The notes below the pieces were generated by a model. The model ran no database searches, had not been told where the DNA came from, and was given only the letters and a program-made list of their open reading frames with translations. The translations under genes were made by a program, and so were the position numbers. A stretch of DNA of 24,799 nt from a virus (lineage: Duplodnaviria > Caudoviricetes): positions 1-24,799 of the IMG/VR virus record IMGVR_UViG_3300022922_000073. The stretch is one strand, 5' to 3'. Each line of letters starts with the position of its first letter. Position 1 is the first letter of the stretch. Below, one piece after another: positions 16,001-24,144 of the stretch.

Positions 16001-17979
16001 TCTAACAGCGTGGCATAAATTCTGTTTGACTGGCTATCAAAGCTTTTACCCGCTGCTTCAGCCGCCTTGCTAATCTCGTCAAATTTCTCGTCTACAGATT
16101 TTGATAAATCTAAAACCTCATCATATTTGTTCAAAAATTCTTCCGCATCCGCTTTCGAAAGTGTGTTTTTTGCCTTTTTTAAGCTATCAATCCCCATGAA
16201 GCCCTGCAGGGATTTCAAAAAATCAAAATCATTCTTTCCGATTATTTTATCAAACTCTTTAACCACATAATCTTGGCCTTTTAGTTTGGCTTTTGAGAAG
16301 GCCTTCTTAGCTTTCAGAAATGGGCTAAAGTCATTTAATCCTAGCTTTTCTGCGACCTGTTGCGCGGCGATAACCTTTTCAATTTGCTTATCAATTGCCT
16401 TTAAAATTGCGCTGTCGGCCTCTAAGCTTGCAATGAATGCAGCTTTCAAATCGTCGTCAACCGTGGCCCATGCCGCATCTTCGGTCTTGCTGAGTGGCTT
16501 ACCGTCTTTGAGTTTCTTTTTGGCCTTTGCGATATTTGCGGTAATGTTGATTTGTGCCACGCCCTCATCGATCTTCGCCATGACCTGAGTTGCGCTTAAT
16601 CCATCAATCCCGTCTTTTTTTAATTTATCATAAACTTTCTTCTTGTTGGCCCCAGCAGACCCGCTCGCAATTTCATCAATTTGAGCCTGTGCCGCGTTCT
16701 CAGCCTTTTCCGCAGCCTTTGCCGCCAGCGCAGCCGCCTCGGCTTGTTGCTTTGCCGCCTCTTTTGCCGCTTTGTTGGCCTTCAATGGTGACGTTCTGCC
16801 CTGATCAACAAGCGCTTGAAGCTCTGCCAGTGACCGAGGGTGCGATTTCTGATCGACAAGATCCACAAATCCAATCTTGCCCGTGTTCCAGAGTTCCCAC
16901 TTTTGCTCGCCCAGAATAGCCTTTTGGAACCGCTCGCTCTTACCCTTCAGCCAATCTTCGAAATTTATATCCCCAGCAACAAACCCGTCCATAGATTGCT
17001 GGGTTTTATTAATCGCTTTACTGATTAGGGCAGGGGATAACCCACGCGCCATGAGCGACTTCGTGAGTTCTTCTTTTAGCGTTTCCGCACCAACCGCTGG
17101 CAAGGGCTTGTTTGCCAAGTCAGCCCAAGGCTTTAAGACCCCTATGACTGTTGAACGACAATTGAAGTGAGCGGGTGGCGCTGACCAACCAATGCCATGA
17201 CCGACTGGCTGGAAATCTTTATCCCAAGTCAGCCCTGATCTTGCCTTGCAAATGTCACTTGTCCGACTGTCCAGTGTCGCCATCCATTGATAGCCGTTGA
17301 ACAGATCCTCATTGGCTTGGTAGGTGTTAATGATTGCCTCGTTGTTGACCGCCGCAACAGATGACCGAACCAGCGTTTCAGCCTTTTTCTTTGTGGCGTT
17401 CATAATGCCATCGGTGAAGTTGTTTTCCTTAGTGCCTCGAACCCGCTGAATAAGGCTCTGCAATCCCTCACCGCCAGCAACGCCCATTCTCATCTGACGA
17501 AGAAAGTTGCCTGTCACCTGTGCGTTTTGTTGTTTCCAGTATTCACTGACCACATCGCCCTCAATAAGAACCTTGCCAGCCAAAGACTGTAAGTTTGCCG
17601 CCGAGGGCAATGCCGCGCCCAGAGAGACGCCCAGAGAGCCGTTGATGATATTTTGCGTGGCTTTAGCGCTTATAGACGCAACCCCACTCAGGCCTTTGCT
17701 ATTCGCCGCCTTGGCCTTGCTGAAATGCGCCTTGGTTGTTGCCTTCACGTTTTTAAGAAGCCTTGCCAGTCGCCGCGCTCTGTAAGTCGGCCCCACGCCT
17801 GTTGGGTCAATCTTTTCCAGTTGCTTTTGTATCGACAGCCCAAGATCGTCCAGAATGTCTAGAACTTTGACAACCTCACCCTGCTTTAATCTTTCTAAAT
17901 TTATCGCATGAATGATCGACAGGTCTTGAACCTTGTCGCTTACGTTCAAAGAAGTCGGGGCGATCTTGGGCTTGAGCAT
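13045..17979 (-). CDS. MuF (SPP1 gp7-like) head morphogenesis protein with long extension: helical repeats, PI3K/PI4K/HipA-like kinase, probable ART-like C-terminal domain
   Basis: MuF: GYQWMATLDSRTSDICKARSG...PPAHFNCRST. Kinase: GSNLGG...FYIK...EVLSAKLY...DAWLANWDVIG...N...RIDTGG. C-terminus: HSLHTG...IIDGGGQM...GGAQYFFTR...NETIFK. Directly follows the portal gene. Confidence 0.85.
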   Translation of the reverse strand: MLKPKIAPTSLNVSDKVQDLSIIHAINLERLKQGEVVKVLDILDDLGLSIQKQLEKIDPTGVGPTYRARRLARLLKNVKATTKAHFSKAKAANSKGLSGVASISAKATQNIINGSLGVSLGAALPSAANLQSLAGKVLIEGDVVSEYWKQQNAQVTGNFLRQMRMGVAGGEGLQSLIQRVRGTKENNFTDGIMNATKKKAETLVRSSVAAVNNEAIINTYQANEDLFNGYQWMATLDSRTSDICKARSGLTWDKDFQPVGHGIGWSAPPAHFNCRSTVIGVLKPWADLANKPLPAVGAETLKEELTKSLMARGLSPALISKAINKTQQSMDGFVAGDINFEDWLKGKSERFQKAILGEQKWELWNTGKIGFVDLVDQKSHPRSLAELQALVDQGRTSPLKANKAAKEAAKQQAEAAALAAKAAEKAENAAQAQIDEIASGSAGANKKKVYDKLKKDGIDGLSATQVMAKIDEGVAQINITANIAKAKKKLKDGKPLSKTEDAAWATVDDDLKAAFIASLEADSAILKAIDKQIEKVIAAQQVAEKLGLNDFSPFLKAKKAFSKAKLKGQDYVVKEFDKIIGKNDFDFLKSLQGFMGIDSLKKAKNTLSKADAEEFLNKYDEVLDLSKSVDEKFDEISKAAEAAGKSFDSQSNRIYATLLDDAEEFDIGDYGSAKGIISDYFEHGPDVSAQEASITLKFISDQVAVNNKIVTDQIKKQTDEATEYLSKAKEGGTGFSTHKVAYDNLSKSGGLTGDAIVDAAKVQAQKDVIQAAKSLAAMKTKIKKKFKANKPLASKEQEAFDSLSADDQDLLKEAASAGKTAKQLDDDAAAIVTQKATQRADEGVLFDDLEQVGKQDGSNLGGLFRSKVDGQEFYIKAPDTELMAKVEVLSAKLYQAAGVKVADVNLLPIKGSIGGRDVDKIGISSRIEKIDDVTTAGMKKLNGTQEGFAADAWLANWDVIGNGGPKQLNLKKMADGSSFRIDTGGTLFFRAQGGRKAFSKDEVLELESLRFNDFNSGKVFGKINEDQIVAGVARIVAISDDDIRRLVNDIMGDDADDLAEVLIGRKNVLKKTYADQLKKYQTDAPDAPTAPVTKQEAKLVEESGTGGYSIVTDKDEIEDQLVHFYNFEEVSGKARSGAYLKIRGARAKKLDEEIQSATGSSGETVRLDIVEDSILTAVKGIGVRNKAQEAYQQKDINRSEIAIKQIDLIIDELDAKASTLDADDVKALKAYYLGWKDDLQKFVDIAKKQSDKHFFVAWNSGVFSPQVSPKAILKAGEADEIVWVKKTRAAWNRRSFKDGKGRDNGEGQYSREITNYETNVDGVKVRYFPSNSQAAFRNRIEMEVDGDGIVAIETQLKVMARLGINTKRASQADREELYLMQSLYAQAAEDGRKGTWYNSRVKKAAKLNQEERIKYLQKEVSDAAGVDDITALSSYNPFGDWQQYGYGRVVRYRPDLVGPEWEDFQQKYVISHSLHTGATFDAIKNIIDGGGQMAPTMDKLRRGVPIGGMSPTADMETGGAQYFFTRIKRKRSDIMDYNGNIIWKGKVAGRMDALSYDSDNYGKTTTESYVLKERYTSVKGMEYASRGSSNETIFKDSLSLFDDLEVLIMKNAQEAGDLMNYLMLEKGMDRWPDGRKLSEVIKHR

Positions 17980-17984
17980 CTAAG

Positions 17985-19409
17985 TCACTCCGCTGCAATG
18001 TCGATTGGGTCAGTTTCCTCTAGTTCCTCGGCCTCATCCTCTACGATATCGTCACGATCTAGTTGCGTTTCCTGATCGATCTCGTCACGAATATCTTCAA
18101 TATTGGCGTCTGGTCTGAGCATTTCACCGCGCTGCAAGTTGTAAAGCATATCAGCCTGACCCATTGCGCCAGCTTGCCAAGCTTGAACAAGTGCCGTTAG
18201 TTCTTGCGGGGTCAACTTGGCGTCCATAAAGTCTTTGTTCAGTTCAACACTGATGTCAGCGTCCACGCCTTCCCACTCAGCCATCCACTCAAGCGCCTTG
18301 GTAAGCCCCTGAGACACGGTTTCCGCAATCGATGACAAGATGCTGCTCTCGCCACTTCCGCGTATTCTGAGCGTTTCTGCGGCCTCTGCGGTGCGCTTGC
18401 TTTCCTCAAGAAGCTTTGCGCCCAAGAGCGCCATCATGGCTTGCTTGCGATCCAGTGATTTCTCAAGAAACGAAAGCCCCGCCCCAGTGTATTCAAGCAT
18501 TCCTGTTGATGCGCCCTCACTCAGAAACCAGATCGTCCCAGACCCGATAGACCAAGCGGCGTTCTCAGCGTTTTTCTGGCCCACAATGTAAGGCGTTGGG
18601 CTTGATGTGAGATAGTTGCCCTGCTCTAAATCAGCCTGTGTGCGGTAATGTGATAAATTTACATTTACCAGATCCAGAATTGGCGATTTATCAACGGGTG
18701 GAGTCAGATCATTTGGCGATATAAAAATAAACGGGATGTAATCTAAACGCTCACCGCGCTTTTTTGGCTCGTAGCTCTCAACCGCTGAATAAACCAGATC
18801 GCCGCCAGCATCTTCGCCTTCCTCATAAACACTGACCCCATAGCCTTCTTCTGTTAAATTTAAAACACGATAAACGTTGTAAAACTCTGTGCCAAAACCA
18901 TCAGCTTCGGCCCGTTGGCGTTCTTCGTGCAAAATAACCTGTTCAAGCTTTTCCACCCCATCGTCGTTGACCGTGCGCCAGTTAATAATGCTTTCTGCTG
19001 GGTAAAGTCTCAGATATGCCTGACCGTCCTCAAGTGTTGGGCGATCAACCAGAACACCGCAGCGCCCCATTGAGATTGTTTCCTCAACGGTCATCTTTGC
19101 AAAGTTTGCGAACGGCAACCCTGTCAGCGTCACGTTTTGCAGTAGAGGCTTAATGCGTGATGGAATATCAATGATCGGCTCTTTGCGAAATATCGCACCG
19201 ACAAGACCCTGCACAGTTCTACCCGTTGCGCCGTAAAACAATGACCTTTTCAGATATTGCCGATAATCATAACTGTCCTGACCCGCTGGCTTGGGCAAAT
19301 GCTCAACCTCTGCGGCCTTGATCGCGTCCTCACCAGCAATCGCGTCACGAATGCGCTTCCACTGTGATTTATAAATTTCGTATTCTCTGTGTTGTGAATT
19401 TACTGGCAT
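17985..19409 (-). CDS. Portal protein (DUF4055-type)
   Basis: WKRIRDAIAGE...RTVQGLVGAIFRKEP...GRCGVLVD...YPAESIINW...IPFIF...PILDLVNVNLSHYR; follows terL. Confidence 0.9.
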   Translation of the reverse strand: MPVNSQHREYEIYKSQWKRIRDAIAGEDAIKAAEVEHLPKPAGQDSYDYRQYLKRSLFYGATGRTVQGLVGAIFRKEPIIDIPSRIKPLLQNVTLTGLPFANFAKMTVEETISMGRCGVLVDRPTLEDGQAYLRLYPAESIINWRTVNDDGVEKLEQVILHEERQRAEADGFGTEFYNVYRVLNLTEEGYGVSVYEEGEDAGGDLVYSAVESYEPKKRGERLDYIPFIFISPNDLTPPVDKSPILDLVNVNLSHYRTQADLEQGNYLTSSPTPYIVGQKNAENAAWSIGSGTIWFLSEGASTGMLEYTGAGLSFLEKSLDRKQAMMALLGAKLLEESKRTAEAAETLRIRGSGESSILSSIAETVSQGLTKALEWMAEWEGVDADISVELNKDFMDAKLTPQELTALVQAWQAGAMGQADMLYNLQRGEMLRPDANIEDIRDEIDQETQLDRDDIVEDEAEELEETDPIDIAAE

Positions 19410-19418
19410 GATGATCCC

Positions 19419-20678
19419 CTAGCCAAAATAATTTGCAATCTTGATCGGGCCTACAGCCTGATTACCGTCAATCGGATGCATTTCATGGATGAGATAGCCA
19501 ACGGCGTCTGCCATGTGATCCAAGCCAGAAGTCTTGTCGGGCATACTGGAGCCTTCTTTGTAAATTAAGCCTTCGAGCGATTTTATGAGGTTTTTGCACC
19601 GTTGATCGATGAAGAGGCGTCTTTCGCCATCGCTATTGCAGAGCATCGCGTTCACCTCGTTGATGCGATCCACAATTGGCGGGGCTTTGTTACTTGCCAC
19701 AACGTCGAAGCCGTACCCTTCCAGAATACTGAAATCTGTCTGACCCACTGCGGCACTTGTCTTTCGCGCTTTGCCGCTGGGGTCTGGATAAACGACTATG
19801 TGCCGCCCATTATAGCGACCTTTTATCTCTTGCGCCATCAAATCTGTATTGGAGTCTGAAATGCTGATTTCATCTATTGCCCAGATCTCATTGCCAGCCT
19901 CGACACAAACCACCGCCGACATGGGGTTGATGTTAAAGTCCATGCCAATGTGCAGCGTCCCGCCTGTGTCCTCGCAATCCGCTAAATTGAATGATCTCTC
20001 AAAGGCGTGATAAACGCGGCCCCCCTGCGTCTCAAATGAGGCCTCAAACTCTTGTCGGAAAAGCCTGATGTCCATGCTGCGCTTTGCCGCTTCGATCTCT
20101 GACGGGGCAACCCTGCCGCCCTCTATGGTTCTAAACCTAAAAGCTTCCCAGTCTGGTTGCTCGTTCGCACCAGAAAATAGGTCATAAAACCAGTTATATC
20201 CCTTGGGAGTGCCGCAGAATACGGCGCGTCCATTTTTATCAGCAAGGGCAGGGCGCAAAACCGCTGTCCATGTTTCGGGGTTCACGTCTTGGATCTCGTC
20301 GATAACCAGAAAATCAAGACCAACGCCACGAAGGCTGTCGGGATTATCAGCGCCACGCAAAGCAATAATAGACCCATTGATAAGCTCGATGCGGAGATCG
20401 GTTTCATCTTTTTTTTGGATTTCGTGCTGCGGCACATGGCTTTTTAAATCTTTCCACATGATCTGACGCGCCATCCGATATGTAGGCGCAACGTACCAGC
20501 ACACGTTGTCAGCGTTCGACCTAGCGCGTTGATACAAGATAAAGCGGGATAGGAACGACTTACCAGTTCGACGCCCAGCGACCAGCACACGAAACCTTGA
20601 GCGCGACTGAGCAACAAGAGCTTGAGGCCTTGAAAGCTGGATAACCTCTTCACTGATTTCTGATTGCATCAAGGTCAA
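19419..20678 (-). CDS. terL: Terminase large subunit
   Basis: Walker A VAGRRTGKS, Walker B FLVIDE, GTPKG motif, nuclease motifs GMDFN / YPDPSG / DHMADA. Start may be ATG 20669. Confidence 0.95.
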   Translation of the reverse strand: MTLMQSEISEEVIQLSRPQALVAQSRSRFRVLVAGRRTGKSFLSRFILYQRARSNADNVCWYVAPTYRMARQIMWKDLKSHVPQHEIQKKDETDLRIELINGSIIALRGADNPDSLRGVGLDFLVIDEIQDVNPETWTAVLRPALADKNGRAVFCGTPKGYNWFYDLFSGANEQPDWEAFRFRTIEGGRVAPSEIEAAKRSMDIRLFRQEFEASFETQGGRVYHAFERSFNLADCEDTGGTLHIGMDFNINPMSAVVCVEAGNEIWAIDEISISDSNTDLMAQEIKGRYNGRHIVVYPDPSGKARKTSAAVGQTDFSILEGYGFDVVASNKAPPIVDRINEVNAMLCNSDGERRLFIDQRCKNLIKSLEGLIYKEGSSMPDKTSGLDHMADAVGYLIHEMHPIDGNQAVGPIKIANYFG

Positions 20679-21045
20679 TCGCCTCTCCCTCTATGACGGG
20701 GGCTTCAATCTTTTGTGGTGCAATGTTTATTACGGTTGTCGTTTCGCTATTGTCGCGCCAGCCCATATGAACCTTTGACCAATAAATAGCCGCTTGGACA
20801 TTTCCCTTGAGCGCTTGCTTGAAAAGTGAACCCGCGACTTGGACGTTTGCTTGCTCTCTTCCAAACTCCAGTTGTGGCCCGTAATGTTTACGCAGCGTTT
20901 TCGTGTCGATCTCTAAGCAGTTCGCCGTTTCCCGCTGGTTGAACCCACTCGCCATGCATAGCTTTACAAGGTTCTGTTTCTCGGAAGTTGGAGCGTGTTC
21001 CTTGCGTCCCAGCTTTTGGGGGATTTTCTTTGGCTTTTCAGTCAT
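20650..21045 (-). CDS. terS: Terminase small subunit
   Basis: HTH GFNQRETANCLEIDTKTLRKHY..L..GR; LFKQALKGNVQAAIYWSK...GW; overlaps the terL start. Start moved to ATG 21045. Confidence 0.85.
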   Translation of the reverse strand: MTEKPKKIPQKLGRKEHAPTSEKQNLVKLCMASGFNQRETANCLEIDTKTLRKHYGPQLEFGREQANVQVAGSLFKQALKGNVQAAIYWSKVHMGWRDNSETTTVINIAPQKIEAPVIEGEAIDLDAIRNQ

Positions 21046-21271
21046 CGCACAAAGCCTTTGGATCATTGATCGTGCCGCAGCTTTGACAAATCGCAAAGAT
21101 GCCGTTTTCCTCAATGTTTTCTGCCGAGTTTAGCATCACCACCTCAAACCCCGAATGACTGCAATAGGCGCAAGACAATAACGACATCGTTTCGAGTTCG
21201 TGGGCATTGTTCCCTTTTTTGATCTCTGAAAGATCCAGCCTTTTGAACTCAACAACATTATCTCTTGTCAT
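21038..21271 (-). CDS. Small zinc-ribbon protein
   Basis: CAYC...CQSC; N-terminal DNVVEFKR; overlaps the terS start. Confidence 0.65.
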   Translation of the reverse strand: MTRDNVVEFKRLDLSEIKKGNNAHELETMSLLSCAYCSHSGFEVVMLNSAENIEENGIFAICQSCGTINDPKALCDD

Positions 21272-21294
21272 TTTTATATAAATCCTTCGGATTG

Positions 21295-21314
21295 TTTATT
21301 ACATTTTGTAATTT
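21295..21314. promoter_or_regulatory. ATTACA-TTT-TGTAAT palindrome upstream of the packaging operon
   Basis: Perfect 6-bp arms at 21298-21312; intergenic. Confidence 0.6.
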
Positions 21315-21438
21315 AAAAAGCAATATTCGCTTTGATCGGTTCCATGCTTATGATAGAAGCTTGGGGTGGCTTGACCTCAACTCAAAGCTTCTCCAAAGGT
21401 TTGTAAGATTTCCAGATCCGAGGTTGAGCCGCACGACT

Positions 21439-21837
21439 TCATTTTCCTGACGCATACTGCGCAATGTTTTTGAGCCTCTTACGCAAATCATCCCTTTCAC
21501 GACACAATTCTTCGACCCATTTGTTTAATTTATTCACTTCTCGGCGTGAAGCCGCGAGGTTCTTTGAAACGTGATCAATGTTGCGGTTGCTGTAGGTGTC
21601 AGAATACTCAAAGCCTTTGACCTTACCTTCAGCCGTGTAGTCTATAAGAACATCAACTCTACACAATCTCAGGTCTTGCCTAGCCGCTCTTGTGCAGTCG
21701 TATTTTGAATTAGATAGGAGTTCCTCGCCTAAGTCGTTGCGGTAAACCCAGACGCGCCCGTCACCCTCTCTGGCGCTGCTCTCGTGCCGCAGCACCTTTG
21801 CGATCACTGCATCTTTGTCATCAAATAAATTAATCAT
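21439..21837 (-). CDS. Hypothetical protein with C-terminal coiled coil
   Basis: 132 aa; ATGA-coupled to the upstream gene. Confidence 0.65.
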   Translation of the reverse strand: MINLFDDKDAVIAKVLRHESSAREGDGRVWVYRNDLGEELLSNSKYDCTRAARQDLRLCRVDVLIDYTAEGKVKGFEYSDTYSNRNIDHVSKNLAASRREVNKLNKWVEELCRERDDLRKRLKNIAQYASGK

Positions 21838-22256
21838 TTCATGTATCGCAATTCTCGCGGGAAATTCCTTAAGAAAGTCTGCAGCGCCTCAAGCTTCTTG
21901 GCCTCTTCTCGACTGACGTTTCTTTTGCAAGCTTCCAGAGATCGCATGATCCTGTCATAATCATCACCAGACAGATCCACGATGTCATAGTAATTCCCGC
22001 TTCGATCTGTAAGGTCGCCCCGATACCTCATGAGCGCGTCCTTGATGGCTTCTAATTTGCCGCCAATTCTTTCGTGAATTTCATTGGCGCGGAGTCCATC
22101 GTTCCACATCTTTACGATCTGCAAAGTTCTTTTGGAAACCTCTGCGCGTTCGTTCCCAATGCCTTTTTTTTCGGCAAACTTCTTGCCGCCGTTTGTTTGA
22201 TAGAGGCCTTGGTTTACAAGCTTTGCATCTTCTAAAAGCTTTGGATTTATACTCAT
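21834..22256 (-). CDS. Putative HTH DNA-binding protein
   Basis: IVKMWNDGLRANEIHERIGGKLEAIKDALMRYR resembles a sigma-region-4/GcrA-type HTH. Confidence 0.55.
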   Translation of the reverse strand: MSINPKLLEDAKLVNQGLYQTNGGKKFAEKKGIGNERAEVSKRTLQIVKMWNDGLRANEIHERIGGKLEAIKDALMRYRGDLTDRSGNYYDIVDLSGDDYDRIMRSLEACKRNVSREEAKKLEALQTFLRNFPRELRYMK

Positions 22257-22519
22257 GTGCCTTCGGCCTCTCTGATCAGCGTCAACGGATCAAATGTTTC
22301 GTCTGTCCATTTTCTTTCTGGATCATTAATCTTGCGGTTTAACAGGTCAGCCCAGCTTGCTCGAAGCTGACCATCGTGCAGTCTTGTCTTGATGACCGCT
22401 GCGCGTTTGTTGCAATCCACAACACCCCAGATGATCCAAGGGTCTTTCCCCTCGAATATCTGCTTGCCCGAAGGAAACGTTCGTCTCCAAAGGGCAAGTT
22501 GCTCGTCTCGAACGTCCAT
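22253..22519 (-). CDS. Hypothetical protein
   Basis: 88 aa; coupled to both neighbours. Confidence 0.6.
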   Translation of the reverse strand: MDVRDEQLALWRRTFPSGKQIFEGKDPWIIWGVVDCNKRAAVIKTRLHDGQLRASWADLLNRKINDPERKWTDETFDPLTLIREAEGT

Positions 22520-23142
22520 TAGCTACCGCTCAACAGATTGATGTTGAAATTAAGATCAATGGTAACTCTTTGATTTTTGCTTTCTGAAGCCGCCATAACA
22601 GGGGCCAGATCTTTCAAGCTTTCAATGATTGTTTCAACCTGTGGCTTTGAAAGTTTCCATTGAATTTGATCGCCCTTCTTGACCCCACACGGAACCGCGC
22701 TTTCATTTGCTTTGAGATCATCTTCGACAGAAAACAAATCTTCTAATTCGACCTGCAAATAGTCACTCATTGTTTCTAAAATTGCGGGTGCAGGTTTTTT
22801 AATCGCCCCCGTTTCATAGCGCGAAATTGTAGGGCGTGGCACACCCAAATCTTCTGCCATCTGAGCTTGAGAGATATTCTTTTTAGCTCTTATTTTTCGT
22901 AACCTTTCGCCAGAAAAGTTTTCTACAATAAGCAAATCATTAACAGTGAGGGGCAAACCATCTGTAGTTAATGCCGCTGCAATTTGGACAAGGCTTTCAG
23001 CAGACGGGTTTGGAATTGCACCGCGTTCCATTTTTGAAATCACAGACTGATTTACACCACTCCTTCGCGACAATTCACTTTGGCTTATATCGGCGTTTAA
23101 GCGCCTTTGCTTGAGCGCTGGCCCACTAAATTTAACAGTCAT
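22519..23142 (-). CDS. XRE-family regulator with two tandem HTH domains
   Basis: FSGPALKQRR..ISQSELSRRSGVNQSVISKMERG and FSGERLRKIR..ISQAQMAEDLGVPRPTISRYETG. Start moved to ATG 23142 (AAGGGAG RBS). Confidence 0.9.
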   Translation of the reverse strand: MTVKFSGPALKQRRLNADISQSELSRRSGVNQSVISKMERGAIPNPSAESLVQIAAALTTDGLPLTVNDLLIVENFSGERLRKIRAKKNISQAQMAEDLGVPRPTISRYETGAIKKPAPAILETMSDYLQVELEDLFSVEDDLKANESAVPCGVKKGDQIQWKLSKPQVETIIESLKDLAPVMAASESKNQRVTIDLNFNINLLSGS

Positions 23143-23143
23143 T

Positions 23144-23377
23144 TTAAGCTCCCTTGCTTTTTTCTGCTGGTTTGCGTTTTGGAATAAGACGATCAAATTT
23201 TTCGTCCCATATTTTCTCACGATTTTTGTAAAACAGGACTTGCTCTTCCAGCCCCATAATCATGCGAATTGCTATTGTCAGATCTCTTGCAATCTGCATC
23301 TGACCATCTTCCTGATATGCCCTCGAAAGCTCGTTCAAGTGCTGGCAGAAGTCATCGGTTTCGGAATAATCGCTCAT
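23144..23377 (-). CDS. Hypothetical protein
   Basis: Start moved to ATG 23377 (AAGGGGG RBS, ATGA overlap); 77 aa, helical. Confidence 0.6.
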   Translation of the reverse strand: MSDYSETDDFCQHLNELSRAYQEDGQMQIARDLTIAIRMIMGLEEQVLFYKNREKIWDEKFDRLIPKRKPAEKSKGA

Positions 23378-23610
23378 GACTGATTGACCCCCTTTTTGAG
23401 TGCTGAGAAATCGAGATCCTTTGCGGTCAAAACACCAGTTCCTCGGCAACGGGTGCAATCGTCATAGGTGCTGACGGTAGGTGAGTTGAAAACGCGATAA
23501 TCGTAGGCCTCTGAATACGCCAACGAAAAGCCCTGCCCCGAACAATGGGGGCAAGAGCGGGAATGATCATGTCGATAAACGAACGGGGCTTGATGAACGA
23601 CTTCGATCAT
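23374..23610 (-). CDS. Small DnaJ-type CxxCxGxG zinc-finger protein
   Basis: CPHCSGQG and CTRCRGTG. Confidence 0.75.
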   Translation of the reverse strand: MIEVVHQAPFVYRHDHSRSCPHCSGQGFSLAYSEAYDYRVFNSPTVSTYDDCTRCRGTGVLTAKDLDFSALKKGVNQS

Positions 23611-23762
23611 TCGTCATAATCCCTGATAAGAGTGACGCCGCCTGAGACAAGCAACACTGCGCCCAAAATCGTTGGGACGATCAACTCAGCGAGGCGAATG
23701 TCTGCATCAGACGCCCCCGCTGAAACAATGATGATGGATATGCCAAGGAGAAATCTAATCAT
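23607..23762 (-). CDS. Small two-helix membrane protein (51 aa)
   Basis: Not in the ORF track: MIRFLLGISIIIVSAGASDADIRLAELIVPTILGAVLLVSGGVTLIRDYDE; ATGA overlaps at both ends. Confidence 0.7.
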   Translation of the reverse strand: MIRFLLGISIIIVSAGASDADIRLAELIVPTILGAVLLVSGGVTLIRDYDE

Positions 23763-23929
23763 GACTTACCCTCAACGACTGTGGTTCTAACGGTTGACCA
23801 CTTTTTGTTGCCGTTTTTATCCTCGGCGTTCCAAAGGGCTGAGTGCAGAATGTCTGCCTCGCTTCCCTGTGAAACCATTTGAACTTGAAAATCGCCTTTG
23901 GCGTTTGAGGCTTGGACGCAATAGCTCAT
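23759..23929 (-). CDS. Hypothetical protein
   Basis: Start moved to ATG 23929 (G-rich RBS); 56 aa. Confidence 0.6.
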   Translation of the reverse strand: MSYCVQASNAKGDFQVQMVSQGSEADILHSALWNAEDKNGNKKWSTVRTTVVEGKS

Positions 23930-23940
23930 ATCACCCCCCC

Positions 23941-24144
23941 TCACGACTTCGCCATTGAGGCGACATAGCTTTTATAAAGAGCGGTTTCGATTGAGCCGTT
24001 CACGATCTCGTAGGCTTGCGCGATCATGCGATCTTCTTTGTCAAGCTCAAGCTGCTTAACCAATGCCAGACCAACCAAGATGCTTTCTTGACCGATTGCC
24101 TTGGCGATCTTGCGGATGATGTTTTCTGCTTTTACGTTGTTCAT
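23941..24144 (-). CDS. Hypothetical protein
   Basis: 67 aa; first gene after duplicated promoter copy B. Confidence 0.65.
   Translation of the reverse strand: MNNVKAENIIRKIAKAIGQESILVGLALVKQLELDKEDRMIAQAYEIVNGSIETALYKSYVASMAKS

Noticed and set aside
13417-18591. Many plus-strand ORFs of 60-120 aa opposite MuF and portal
   Set aside because: Antisense shadows of strongly supported minus-strand genes.
21420-21441. Stop-codon readthrough signal (stop, 8 nt, stem) after the 132-aa gene
   Set aside because: On the coding strand the stem has two A-C mismatches and there is no other support for readthrough.
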